The position numbers were made by a program, and so were the translations under genes. Below the pieces are notes generated by a model that was given only the letters and a program-made list of their open reading frames with translations, was not told the origin of the DNA and did not search any database. Positions 43,148 through 56,028 of a stretch of DNA of 64,000 bases are shown piece after piece. This DNA is from Macrostomum lignano (Eukaryota): the NCBI GenBank assembly GCA_002269645.1, contig NIVC01001200.1, positions 186,001 through 250,000 of the forward strand. Direction: 5' to 3'. How positions within the stretch are numbered: the stretch's first letter is position 1; every line of letters begins with the position of its first letter.

Positions 43148-45346
43148 TTATAAACAAAGCAGCCGGCTGCATGGCCCTGGCCACCGCTCTCTCCGCAGCG
43201 TGTAGAGCAGGAAGTGGAAGGTGCGCATCTCCTGCGGTGACACGTAGTGGAATGAAATCGAGGAGCTGCTGCAGCACCGCGGGCCCTGCAGCGCAATGGG
43301 AAAGGAAAGTTCGAAAGAACTTTATTCGAAAGAAGGGGTTGAAAAAGTGTTCACGTCTCACCGATCTCACAGGCCGCACGCTGTACTGCCACAGCCAGTG
43401 CGTTGTGGGCGCGGCACCGAAGTCCAGGTGGCTGGCGAAGCCCATCGGATGGAATCGCTCGCCACCCTCGCTGCCGGGGTCGAACGAGTCGACAAACTCA
43501 ACGCCACGGCGTTCCATGCAGATTCCTGAAATTGAGCTGCTGCGGTAACTTGCTGGTGGATTTATTGTCTCTGTCCCTGTGCCTGTGTTTTTGGCTATTG
43601 TTCTAGCGTCTACGTCCTAGCTTCCTTGTGTCATAGTCCTAGTGTCCTGGTGTCATGGTGTCCTAGTGTCATGGTGTCCTGGTGTCATGGTGTCCTAGTG
43701 TCATGGTGTCCTAGTGTCATGGTGTCCTGGTGTCATGGTGTCCTAGTGTCATGGTGTCCTGGTGTCATGGTGTCCTAGTGTCATGGTGTCCTGGTGTCAT
43801 GGTGTCCTAGTGTCATGGTGTCCTGGTGTCATGGTGTCCTAGTGTCATGGTGTCCTAGTGTCATGGTGTCCTAGTGTCATGGTGTCCTGGTGTCATGGTG
43901 TCCTAGTGTCATGGTGTCCTAGTGTCATGGTGTCCTGGTGTCATGGTGTCCTAGTGTCATGGTGTCCTAGTGTCATGGTGTCCTAGTGTCATGGTGTCCT
44001 AGTGTCATGGTGTCCTAGTGTCATGGTGTCCTGGTGTCATGGTGTCCTAGTGTCATGGTGTCCTAGTGTCATGGTGTCCTAGTGTCATGGTGTCCTAGTG
44101 TCATGGTGTCCTGGTGTCATTGTGTCCTAGTGTCATGGTGTCCTAGTGTCATGGTGTCCTAGTGTCATGGTGTCCCAGTGCCCTAGTGTCCCAGTTTCCT
44201 AGTGTCCCAGTGCCTTGGTGTCCTAGAGTCCTAGAGTCCTTGAGTCCTAGTGTCCTAGAGTAATAGAGTCCTTGAGTCCTAGAGTCCTTGAGTCCTAGTG
44301 TCCTAGAGTCCTAGTGTCCTAGAGTCCTAGTGTCCTTGAGTCCTAGTGTCCTAGAGTCCTAGTGTCCTAGAGTCCTAGTGTCCTTGAGTCCTAGTGTCCT
44401 AGAGTCCTTGAGTCCTAGAGTCCTAGTGTCCTAGAGTCCTAGTGTCCTTGAGTCCTAGTGTCCTAGAGTCCTTGAGTCCTAGAGTCCTAGAGTCCTTGAG
44501 TCCTAGTGTCCTAGAGTCCTAGTGTCCTAGAGTCCTAGTGTCCTTGAGTCCTAGAGTACTAGTGTCGGAGCTACTAGCAGTAATGTAAATAGACCTTAGG
44601 TGTCCTAAGTGCCTTGGTGTCTGTGTGCAGCCAACAATAATTGGGAGCATTGTTTTAACACCTGTGTGTACGAATTCGGAGAGATCAGTGGAACAGGCAT
44701 ATTTGATTGGCTGCAGACTGTCGGCTGTCCACAAAAGCTGCGCCAGGCATCCAGGCACAATGTACATGCCGGCCGGCCAGGGCGAGCCACTGCTAGTGAG
44801 CACACTGAGAGCCCCCGATTGAATTCCGAGGGAGAGCGTCTTTTGATATCCGGGCTGTAGGAGTGTCCAGTTTTCAGCAACTAGGAGCTGCCGCCCAGGC
44901 TCACCCATGTTGACGTCTTCCGACGTCACCGCGCCGCAGTCTTTGCCAGCCCCGGCTGCCAGCAGGTTGCGAACGGCGCCTCTGGACAGCGCATAGCCGG
45001 CGCCGCCCGACATGTAGCGCTGCCAGCGCCACCGCTGCGGCGTCCCCAGCCGCAGGCGCAGTAACCGGCCGGTCCACCAGGCGGAGTCCGGGCGCCGGCC
45101 GAGGCTCAGCAGGAAGCTGCGCAGATTCGGCATCAGCACGAAGGTGTCCACGTCAGCCTTGAGGAAGTAGTCGAAGTCGGCGAGCAGGTGCGCGCCAGCA
45201 AACTGGAAGGCGAGGCGGACTTTCCGCCACAGGTGAGCGCGGCCCTCCCGTGCGGCAACTTCTGCTGGTTCAGGAAATTTTCGGATCAGAAGAAAATTAA
45301 TAAGGTCGAAGGGCAAGTCGGCTACGACAGCTTTCTAATCTGCCTG

Positions 45347-45413
<67 letters not shown>

Positions 45414-45422
45414 GTGTGTGTG

Positions 45423-45473
<51 letters not shown>

Positions 45474-45498
45474 GTGTGTGTCTGTCTGTCTGTCTTAG

Positions 45499-45533
<35 letters not shown>

Positions 45534-45538
45534 GTGTG

Positions 45539-45617
<79 letters not shown>

Positions 45618-46389
45618 GCATACTAGCGTATTTGGCAACGGGCCAGGACCGGTTTCTTAATTTTGATTCATTGTCAACAAGGCCTTTAACCGCTGAATCA
45701 GGTTTTCACCTGAGGAAAACAGGTTCAATTTTCTGCTTGTATTTTTTAGCTATTGTACTTGTTGCAAACTCAGTTCAAGGATCCTCTTCAACCAGATTTT
45801 CCTGCTACTCTTCAGAAGGCGATCTCCAATAATGATTCATGCTGAACTTACGCTGTCTGTCAGTCTGAGACCCTCGCCCCGAATTCCTCAGTGCCCTATG
45901 CTGAGCCCAAATCATGCCTAATATCTGTCAGTCTCAGTTTTATCTGCTGCTACATGCTAATGCGGGTCTGCGATACTTGACTGCCGAACCCAACCTAAAC
46001 CTGAACTACCCTTACCCTAACCCTAGTCGTTCTTGAACCAAAACCTAAACCCTAACCTAATCCTAAACCGTAACATAAATGTGTACAGCTGCATGAAGCT
46101 GGGAGCTATGCGCACCCAACAGCGGCAGGAAGCCGGGGCCGCTCCGGACTCTCCGTGCGGCGCCCCGGCCGCTGACCACGAACAGCCAGCCGTCGCAGCC
46201 GGCCGCCCAGGTCTGGTTCACCGCGGCCGCCCGCGTCTCCAGGCTGTCCCGGGCGGCCAGAATCAGGCAGAAGATGCGGCCGGGTGAGGCCGGGCCGGCC
46301 AGCCGTGGCTGCGCAAGGAGGAGCCACGCCAGGGCGGCCGCGGCTGCCAGGGTGACCAGCAGCAGGCGAAGCGGCTGCCGCGGTGTCAT
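43148..46389 (-). CDS. C1GALT1: Core 1 beta-1,3-galactosyltransferase-like (GT31), 311 aa; exons 46389-46116, 45264-44905, 43525-43362, 43285-43148
   Basis: Type II TM anchor; RIFCLIL...[54 protein letters not shown]...SFHYV. Intron phases are consistent. Confidence 0.88.
43640..44555. repeat. Compound 8-16 bp minisatellite (TGTCCTAGTGTCATGG, then GTCCTAGA/GTCCTAGT)
   Basis: Tandem units in C1GALT1 intron 2. Confidence 0.95.
45345..45617. repeat. (GTCT)n microsatellite in C1GALT1 intron 1
   Basis: Includes the TCTTAGTG variant shared with the other two GTCT arrays. Confidence 0.95.
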
Positions 46390-46714
46390 GGGGATCAGGG
46401 AGAGGAAAATTCTTGCTATAAAATCCCAAAATGCCGCGCAGAATATATTGCCCACCTTCACCGGGGACCCCAGAGCGGCTTCGAGGTCTCAGATTTCACA
46501 CTGGCTTAGCCGGAGACGAGCTGACAGCTGGAAGATCCGGGCCTCATTGAGTCTGACCGCACTGTCAGAGCTCCCGTGGCTCAGTTTAAATCCTTGCTGG
46601 CCTTTGAAGAATGCAGAGGATCTCATTTCACGAGTATTTTATGTAGATCGTGGGGTCATTTTTACTATGAAATATAATGCGTAGATAAAAATCTACATTT
46701 CTCAATAGTTTCAA

Positions 46715-48140
46715 GCTAGATTAGCAATCCAATTATATTCCTGCATAATCCATGTAGGCTAGATTAGCAATCCATTCTATTCCTGCATGCAGGCCAGATT
46801 AGCAATCCATTCTGTTCCTGCATCATCCATGCAGGCTAGATTAGCAATCCATTCTGTTCCTGCATCATCCATGCAGGCTAGATTAGCAATCCATTCTGTT
46901 CCTGCATCATCCATGCAGGCCAGATTAGCAATCCATTATATTCCTGCATCATCCATGCAGGCCAGATTAGCAATCCATTCTGTTCCTGCATCATCCATGC
47001 AGGCTAGATTAGCAATCCATTCTATTCCTGCATCATCCATGCAGGCTGGATTAGCAATCCATTCTGTTCCTGCATCATCCATGCAGGCTAGATTAGCAAT
47101 CCATTCTGTTCCTGCATTATCCATGCAGGCCAGATTAGCAATCCATTATATTCCTGCATCATCCATGCAGGCCAGATTAGCAATCCATTCTGTTCCTGCA
47201 TTATCCATGCAGGCTAGATTAGCAATCCATTCTATTCCTGCATCATCCATGCAGGCTAGATTAGCAATCCATTCTGTTCCTGCATCATCCATGCAGGCCA
47301 GATTAGCAATCCATTCTATTCCTGCATCATCCATGCAGGCTAGATTAGCAATCCATTCTGTTCCTGCATCATCCATGCAGGCTAGATTAGCAATCCATTC
47401 TGTTCCTGCATCATCCATGCAGGCTAGATTAGCAATCCATTCTGTTGCTGCATCATCCATGCAGGCTAGATTAGCAATCCATTCTGTTGCTGCATCATCC
47501 ATGCAGGCTAGATTAGCAATCCATTCTGTTCCTGCATCATCCATGCAGGCTAGATTAGCAATCCATTCTGTTCCTGCATCATCCATGCAGGCTAGATTAG
47601 CAATCCATTCTGTTCCTGCATCATCCATGCAGGCTAGATTAGCAATCCATTCTGTTCCTGCATCATCCATGCAGGCTAGATTAGCAATCCATTCTGTTCC
47701 TGCATTATCCATGCAGGCCAGATTAGCAATCCATTCTGTTCCTGCATGCAGGCTAGATTAGCAATCCATTCTGTTTCTGCATTATCCATGCAGGCTAGAT
47801 TAGCAATCCATTCTGTTCCTGCATTATCCATGCAGGCTAGATTAGCAATCCATTCTGTTCCTGCATCATCCATGCAGGCTGGATTAGCAATCCATTCTGT
47901 TCCTGCATTATCCATGCAGGCTAGATTAGCAATCCATTCTATTCCTGCATCATCCATGCAGGCTAGATTAGCAATCCATTCTATTCCTGCATCATCCATG
48001 CCGGCTAGATTAGCAATCCATTCTGTTCCTGCATTATCCATGCAGGCTAGATTAGCAATCCATTCTATTCCTGCATCATCCATGCAGGCTAGATTAGCAA
48101 TCCATTCTATTCCTGCATGCAGGCTAGATTAGCAATCCAA
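46715..48140. repeat. 42-bp tandem repeat, about 34 copies
   Basis: Unit CAGGCTAGATTAGCAATCCATTCTGTTCCTGCATCATCCATG. Confidence 0.95.
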
Positions 48141-49175
48141 ATAGACTAAGCCCGCAGACAGTACTGAAGCTGAAGCAAAGCAGATTTTGATGCCTGCAGA
48201 AAATCAGCGGCCAGTATATAAATAATAATAAACAATTATATTTCTTCATCGAATTGAGACTCGCCCAGGGCGCATTTCACGCATAGAAAACCAGCAGTAG
48301 AGAGTTGGGAATATTACAAACTAAATCAGCCGCGCTGATTGCAAATTAATTTAGCAAAAAATTCAAATTTGAAATCTCAGAGCGGCCGGCAAAATTGAGC
48401 GACAAAAAAGGAGGTTTAAAAAAATAAGAGCCATAAAATCTGCTGTTGAGCACCTGCAAATCCTGCGCACGCAATTCTGAAGGAACATTCAGGAAAATGC
48501 TGAGGATGGAGCCGCTGTACTTGAGCAATAGGTTTTGCAGTGCCAGGCCAGAAATGCGTCAAGAATTAAAACAAAAGTACAAGATGAGCTGATCGAAATA
48601 AAACCAGCTGTAGCGGATCGGGGAGACCGCAGTTTCTAGGAATGAATAGAATTTCGAACAGCCAGACTGCCGCCTGATATAAGAGACGCTGACTACTACT
48701 GACAGTAGGGGGCATTTTTCAATTGAAAATAGTAGGCCATTTTTTCTGACGGTGTGAAATACGTCTGTATTTTTCTTCTAGTGACAGTAAGGAGTTGCTA
48801 TACTGGTACTGTTAGTCCGGGGTATTTTTCTTGGTTATTAATAATGGGTCATGTTTTTCCCAGCTTATAGAAAATTTTTTTATTTACGTATTTTTGAGGT
48901 TACTCGTATTTTTACACTTATCAAAGGGGTATTCTTTCAACTGCCAGTAGGGGAATTAATTTATCTAATGAACTCCAGTAGTATCTCACCAGCACAAGTC
49001 CATAGGATTCGCTACTGTCTGCTCTTATTTAACAAAACAAAAAACTCTAAGAGAGAAAATTTCACCGCCAACGGAAAAAGGGGGGTCACGGAAATCAGGG
49101 GGGTCACGGACATCAGGGGGGGGGTCACGGAAATCAGGGGGGGGTCACGGAAATCAGGAGCTGCGCGGCCCCGCC

Positions 49176-52100
49176 TCACTGGAAGTCGTCGCGCAGGCTC
49201 GCCAGCACCGCGGCGGTTGTGGCGGCCGCCGCCTCCGACTGACGCTGCCGCTGCTGCTGCCGTTGTTGCTGCTGCTGCTGCTGCTGCTGAGAGGGCGACA
49301 CGGCCGCCTCAGCCTGCAGCTGCGAGCCGGACAACAGGTGCGCCCGACGCTCCGCACCCTGCCGGGGTGTCCGCCTGCCGCTGTGCGGCGTGTTGAAGGC
49401 CCGGCCGCTCTTCAGCACCTCCAGCAGGTTGTCCACCAGGCCCAGACTGTCCGAATCTTCGCCGCCGCAACCGCCGTTCTCCTTGCCTCGCTGCTGCTGC
49501 TGCGGCTTCTGCGGCTGCTGCCGCCTCCAGGACGCTGTCGATGAGGCTCCGGCTGTACCGGACGACGCCGCCGCCGCAGCCGCAGCGGCCTCGGCGGCCG
49601 CCGCCCGGCTCCTGCGCTGCTCCTCCGCAGTGGCGGCGGCCTCGAAGGCGTCAATGAAGCTGCGCAGGTCGGCCAGCAGCTGCTCAGGCCGGTACTTGCT
49701 GGCGTCCAGCGCCAGGTAGTCCGCTGTGGCCTGGAACTCCTCGCGCAGCTGACGGCGGGACGCCTCCAGCGAGTCCAGGACCGAGCTGGCGTACTTGTGG
49801 AACGGCTCCATGCAGGACTGCGGGCGGTGGGGATATATGGGGATGCGGTTGGGGTTAGTGGGAAATGCCCCATAAACTGCTACACCCAGAACCTCAGTGC
49901 AACACACAGGCCTTCAGTGCCCCCAAGACCCGTCAGTGCCCCACTCAGACCCTCAGTGTCCCCAGATACTCAGTGCCCCACCCAGACCCTCAGTGCCCCA
50001 CCCAGATACTCAGTGCCCCACCCAGACCCTCAGTGCCCCACCCAGACCCTCAGCGCCCCACCTTGACCCTCAGTGCCCCACCCAGACCCTCAGCGCCCCA
50101 CCCAGACCCTCAGTGCCCCACCCAGATCCATCAGTGCCCCACCCAGACCCTCAGTGCCCTACTCAGACCCTCAGTGCCCCACATAGACCCTCAGTGCCCC
50201 ACATAGACCCTCAGTGCCCCACCCAGACCCTCAGTGCTCCACCCAGACCCTCAGTGCCCTACTCAGACCCTCAGTGCCCCACCCAGACCCTCAGTGCCCT
50301 ACTCAGACCCTCAGTGCCCCACATAGACCCTCAGTGCCCCACATAGACCCTCAGTGCCCCACCCAGACCCTCAGTGCCCCACCCAGACCCTCAGTGCTCC
50401 ACCCAGACCCTCAGTGCCCTACTCAGACCCTCAGTGCCCCACCCAGACCCTCAGTGCCCCACCTTGAAGGCGTCCCTGGGCCCGGCCGGCTTGAACTTGC
50501 GCAGCGCCTCGCCCAGCAGGCGGCAGCGCTCGCGGACCTCCTTGACTGCCTCGTCCACCGCCTCCTCGGTGACGCGGGCCGCCAGGTCCAGCTTGCGGAA
50601 TTCGTCCGGCAGAGCGAGCGAGTCCGGCCACTTCCGCCACAGCTGGTCGGCCAGGGCGCACAGCAGGCTGAGGCCGTTGGAGTCGCGCAGGTCCGCCAGC
50701 TGCGGCAGGCAGGACACGTGGAAGGCGAAGCAGCGGCCGAGGCTGCGCGAGCCGGAGTTGAGGATGTTGCCGAGGGACAGGGTGCCCAGCAACACCTGGG
50801 GATGGAGACAGGTGAGAGAGACTGCTGTCAGATCAACAGTTTCCCAGATCCCTGTGCCACAGATCCAAGCCGGAGTCTCACCTGCCGCAGGCGCTGGCTG
50901 GTCCGCACAGTCCGCAGGCAGTCGATCGCGGCGGCCAGGCCGGGCCGCAGGTCAGCCAGCAGGTCCGGCAGCTGCAGTTTGAACTGCAGACAGGCCGCCC
51001 GCTGCTTGGCGGCCGCTGGCGGCCCGGGCAGCCCGACGGCCAGACGGCTGAGGAACTGCTCAGGCTCGGGCAGCTCGGACAGCTGGTCGGACAGGCCGGC
51101 CAGGCTCTGCATGTCCGAGTCCTCTGGCAGAGATCTGCGAGATTTCGAATATTAATATATGGTGCAATGGGGATCTGGGGATTTGGGAGTCCTTGAACTT
51201 ACCACTGGGACTTGGGAGTCCTTGAACTGGCCCATTGGGATTTGGGAGCCCTTGAACTGACACATTGGGATATAAGAATCCTTGAACTGACCCATTGGGA
51301 TATGGGAGCCCTTGAACTGACCCATTGGGATTTAAGAGTCCTTGAACTGACCCATTGGGATCTAAGAATCCTTGAACTGACCCATTCGGATTTGGGAGTC
51401 CTTGAACTGACCCATTGAGATTTGGGAGCCCTTGAACTGACCCATTGGGATCTAAGAATCATTGAACTGACCCATTGGGATATGGGAGCCCTTGAACTGA
51501 CCTATTGGGATTTAAGAGTCCTTGAACTGACCCATTGGGATCTAAGAATCCTTGAACTGACCCATTGGGATAGGGAGCCCTTGAACTGACCCATTGGGAT
51601 TTGGGAGCCCTTGAACTGACCCATTGGGATTTAAGAGTCCTTGAACTGACCCATTGAGATTTGTGAGCCCTTGAACTGACCCATTGGGATTTGGGAGCCC
51701 TTGAACTGACCCATTGGGATTTAAGAGTCCTTGAACTGACCCATTGGGATTTGGGAGTCCTTGAACTGACCCATTGGGATTTGGGAGTCCTTGAACTGAC
51801 CCATTGAACTGACTGACGCATTTGGATCTGGGACACGACAGCGGTAAAAAGTCCCCAATATCTAAAAAAGAGCAACCGGCTCACCTGAGCAGCAGCTCCA
51901 CAAAGTTGAGGGGCAGCCGCTGCTCGTCGCACTCGATGATCCGCCTGGCGGCCTCCTCGGGCGTCAGCCGCAGCGAGGCCAGCGCGATGCCGAGGTTCTC
52001 GGCGGCCTTCGACTGCAACACCCGGCAGGCACGCCGGCCGCCCGAGGCGTCGTCCGGGTCGATAGCGGAGCCTCTGCGAGAGCCGGGAGCGCCCGGGGCG

Positions 52101-55100
52101 AGGCTGGCCGCCTTCGTGGAGAACAACTGGCTGACCCGCGACACCAGCTGGGGGCTGCTGAACTCCGCCTCCTGGTTGCTCACCAGCACCTGGGGGTGGC
52201 GGGCAAAGGGGGGGAGTTGGGGATGGAAGGAAAGTCTGGATATTCGATTTTTATTATACCTGCCCAAATTGGGCCAGTTGTGCAACCGACAGCTCAGCCG
52301 CAGCTATTGCGCGGCGCATCTGAAGGCTGCTTACGGCTGTTCAGTCCAAGGACTGGGGGGTCGCCACACACCCTCAATCACCCTCAATTACTCCAGCTAA
52401 TGCTGGCACCCATTTTACAGCTGGGTGAACTGAAGAAATGCAGAGTTAACTGTCTTGCTCATTGTTCCAGTGGGATCGGGAGTCGAACCTCCGACCTTCA
52501 AGTCGTGAGTCCGACGCTTTACCACTAGGCAACAACCCCTAGGAGACTCTGAATAGGATTTGAGCGATTCTGAAGAAAACTCGAGAAATCTAAGAAAAGT
52601 CTCTAAAAAGCAGAATTTCCACATCAGCCCGAAGGCCGCACCCAGAGCGACTCCTTCTTCAGCTGGATGGGCGGCACGGGCTGCCAGTTGAGCCGCTTCG
52701 TGGGGTTCGCCAGCTTGTGCTCCGGCTTCGGCCGCAGGCCGTGCGGCGGCGGCGGCGGAGGTGGCGGACAGCCAAGGCCGGGAGGCGGCGGCGGGGGTGG
52801 CGGCGGCGGCGGCGGAGGGGGCGGAGGGGGCGGTGGCGGCGGGGGAGGCGGTGGCGGCGGAGGTGCCGCTGCGGCCGGAGCTGAAATTGAAATAAAATTC
52901 AAATTTTTGCCCAGCAACTGAGGATCTGGGAGGCTGGCATAGCTGAACTGAGGATCTGGGTCGAGGCTGGCCCAGCAACTGAGGATGAGAGGCTGGTCCA
53001 GCAACTGAGGATCTGGGAGGCTGGTCCAGCAACTGAGGATCTGGGAGGCTGGCCCAGCAACTGAGGATGAGAGGCTGGTCCAGCAACTGAGGATCTGAGA
53101 GGCTGGCTCAGCAACTGAGGATATGAGAGGCTGACCCAGCACTGAGGATCTGAGAGGCTGGCCCAGCAACTGAGGATATGAGAGGCTGGCCCAGCAACTG
53201 AGGACTGGGAGGCTGGCCCAGCAACTGAGGATCTGGGAGGCTGGTGGCCCAGAAACTGAGAATCTTGGAAGCTAGCCCGGCCACTGAGGATCTGAGAGGC
53301 TGGCCCAGCAACTGAGGATATGAGAGGCTGGTCCAGCATCTGAGAATTTGAGAGGCTGGCCCAGAAACCGAGGACCTGGGAGGCTGGCCCGGCCACTGAG
53401 GATCTGGGAGGCTGGTGGCCCAGCAACTGAGGATCTTGGAGGCTAGCCCGGCCACTGAGGATCTGAGAGGCTGGCCCAGCAACTGAGGATATGAGAGGCT
53501 GGTCCAGCATCTGAGAATTTGAGAGGCTGGCCCAGAAACCGAGGATCTGGGAGGCTGGCCCGGCCACTGAGGATCTGGGAGGCTGGTGGCCCAGCAACTG
53601 AGGATCTTGGAGGCTAGCCCGGCCACTGAGGATCTGAGAGGCTGGCCCAGCAACTGAGGATATGAGAGGCTGGTCCAGCATCTGAGAATTTGAGAGGCTG
53701 GCCCAGAAACCGAGGATCTGGGAGGCTGGCCCGGCCACTGAGGATCTGGGAGGCTGGTGGCCCAGCAACTGAGGATCTGCGAGGCTAGCCCGGCCACTGA
53801 GGATCTGGGAGGCTAGCCCAGCAACTAATGATTTCAATCCCAAGCAGTGACTTGATTGCCTCACCTGGCGGCGCCCCAGCGGCAGGGGCAGCGGGCGGGC
53901 CACCCCCTCCCAGCTGCAGTCTCCGGTTCGCGTCCTCCAGCCGTCGGTTCGCTTCGGCCAGCTGGGCCTCCAGGGCGGCGGCCCGCTCCCGCAGAGCATC
54001 GGCAGCGGCCCGCCGCTCGCACTCGCCGACCCGCAGTTGCTCCTCGAGCAGGGCTTTCAGCCGCTCCCGCTCCCTGGTCTCCATGGTAACCATGTCTTTC
54101 CTGACCGCATCGAAGTCGAAGTAGGCGCGCAGGTCCCTGGACCGGAAGTCTGGGTAGGTGCCATCCCGGGTCAGCACCAGCTGGGAGACCAGCTCCTCCA
54201 GCAACTTGAAGTACTCTTTGTGCTGCTCATCCACGGGGATGAAGAGCAGGTGCAGCAGCACGCTGCGGAAGTACCACTCGGCCTCCGTGCCCTGCACAGT
54301 GCGGGCCAGCAGCTCGAAAATGCGGTGCGGCTCGCTGAAGCTGGCGAACTCGGTGGCTGCTGACTCGAAGCGGTCGCTGATCTCCAGGGTGTCCTGGTCG
54401 GCTTGCTCCTGGAAGGGAAAACTGGGAATTGCTGCTCCTGGAGAGAAAACCGGGAATTGCTGCTTCTGGAAGGGAAAACCGGAAATTGCTGCTCCTGGAA
54501 GAGAAAACCGGGAATTGCTGCTCCTGGAAGAGAAAACCGGCAATTGCTGCTCCTAGAAGGGAAAACCGGGAATCGCTGCTCCTGGATGGGAAGCCGGGGA
54601 TTGCTGGCTAGACTGGTAGTTGTAAAATGAACCTGAGTCATTGCTCAGGACAGAAGAACAAAGAACAGATCCCTTAAGTTAGCACTCGTACAACCCGCGC
54701 AGGCTCACCTGGAACACATCGTACTGAGTCCTGCACAGCCGGTCGGGGGCGTCCCGCACCAGGCGGCCGAGCAGCTGCCAGCGGGCTCGGAGGCCGCCGA
54801 AGCCCCACAGCTCGGTCCGGACTGCCATGCGGTGGTGAACTCCCTCGCAGGTGTCCAGCAAGGTGTTCACAAACACCAGGCAGTCCTGCAGCAGTTCGTA
54901 GGCTCGAACCCGGGTCTCCGTGCCCACGTCCGGCCGGCTGAGCAGAGCGCAGGCCTTGTCCAGCGTGTTGCGGATCTGGAAAAAGCGGCCGCCGCCAGGG
55001 CCGCCGGAGGCGCAGGCAGCGGCGCCAGTGGCAGGGCCGGCGGGGCCAGAAGGTGCCGCTGAAGTCGCTGAGGCCGAGTCGGAGGCGAAGAGGGTGCGGG

Positions 55101-55290
55101 AGGTGCTGAACGCGCGCAGCACGATGGTGTTGGCGTTCTCCACCTGGGGCGGGGCGGAGGGCAGCGGGAACTTGTGACGTGAGCGTGTACTACTTATAGT
55201 AAATTACAGGAAAACAGACAGACAGACACACAGACAGACACTAAGACAAACAGACACACAGACACATAGACAGACAGACAGACAGACAGG

Positions 55291-55332
<42 letters not shown>

Positions 55333-55333
55333 C

Positions 55334-55364
<31 letters not shown>

Positions 55365-55367
55365 CTA

Positions 55368-55446
<79 letters not shown>

Positions 55447-55485
55447 AACACAGACAGACACTAAGACAAACAGACACACAGACAC

Positions 55486-55552
<67 letters not shown>

Positions 55553-55637
55553 CTAAGACAGACAGACAGACAGACAGGCAAACAGACAGACAGACAGACA
55601 GACAGGCAAACAGACAGACAGACAGACAGACAGACAC

Positions 55638-55668
<31 letters not shown>

Positions 55669-55719
55669 GGCAAACAGACAGACAGACAGACAGACAGGCA
55701 AACAGACAGACACACAGAC

Positions 55720-55776
<57 letters not shown>

Positions 55777-55845
55777 CATAGACAGACAGACAGACAGACA
55801 GACACACAGACAGACAGACAGACAGGCAAACAGACAGACACACAC

Positions 55846-55900
<55 letters not shown>

Positions 55901-55901
55901 C

Positions 55902-55952
<51 letters not shown>

Positions 55953-55953
55953 C

Positions 55954-55992
<39 letters not shown>

Positions 55993-55995
55993 CAA

Positions 55996-56028
<33 letters not shown>

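Noticed and set aside
45987-46075. Degenerate (CCCTAA)-like tract as a telomere
   Set aside because: Short, degenerate and intronic in C1GALT1; at most an interstitial or TE-derived tract.
46787-48132. Long repeat ORFs (MQARLAIHSVPASS)n
   Set aside because: Open only because the 42-bp unit is a multiple of 3 and lacks stops in some frames; no unique coding flanks or splice context.
52345-52540. Functional tRNA gene (CAC anticodon)
   Set aside because: Anticodon and acceptor stems pair poorly, and the head runs into a CORE-like SINE body.
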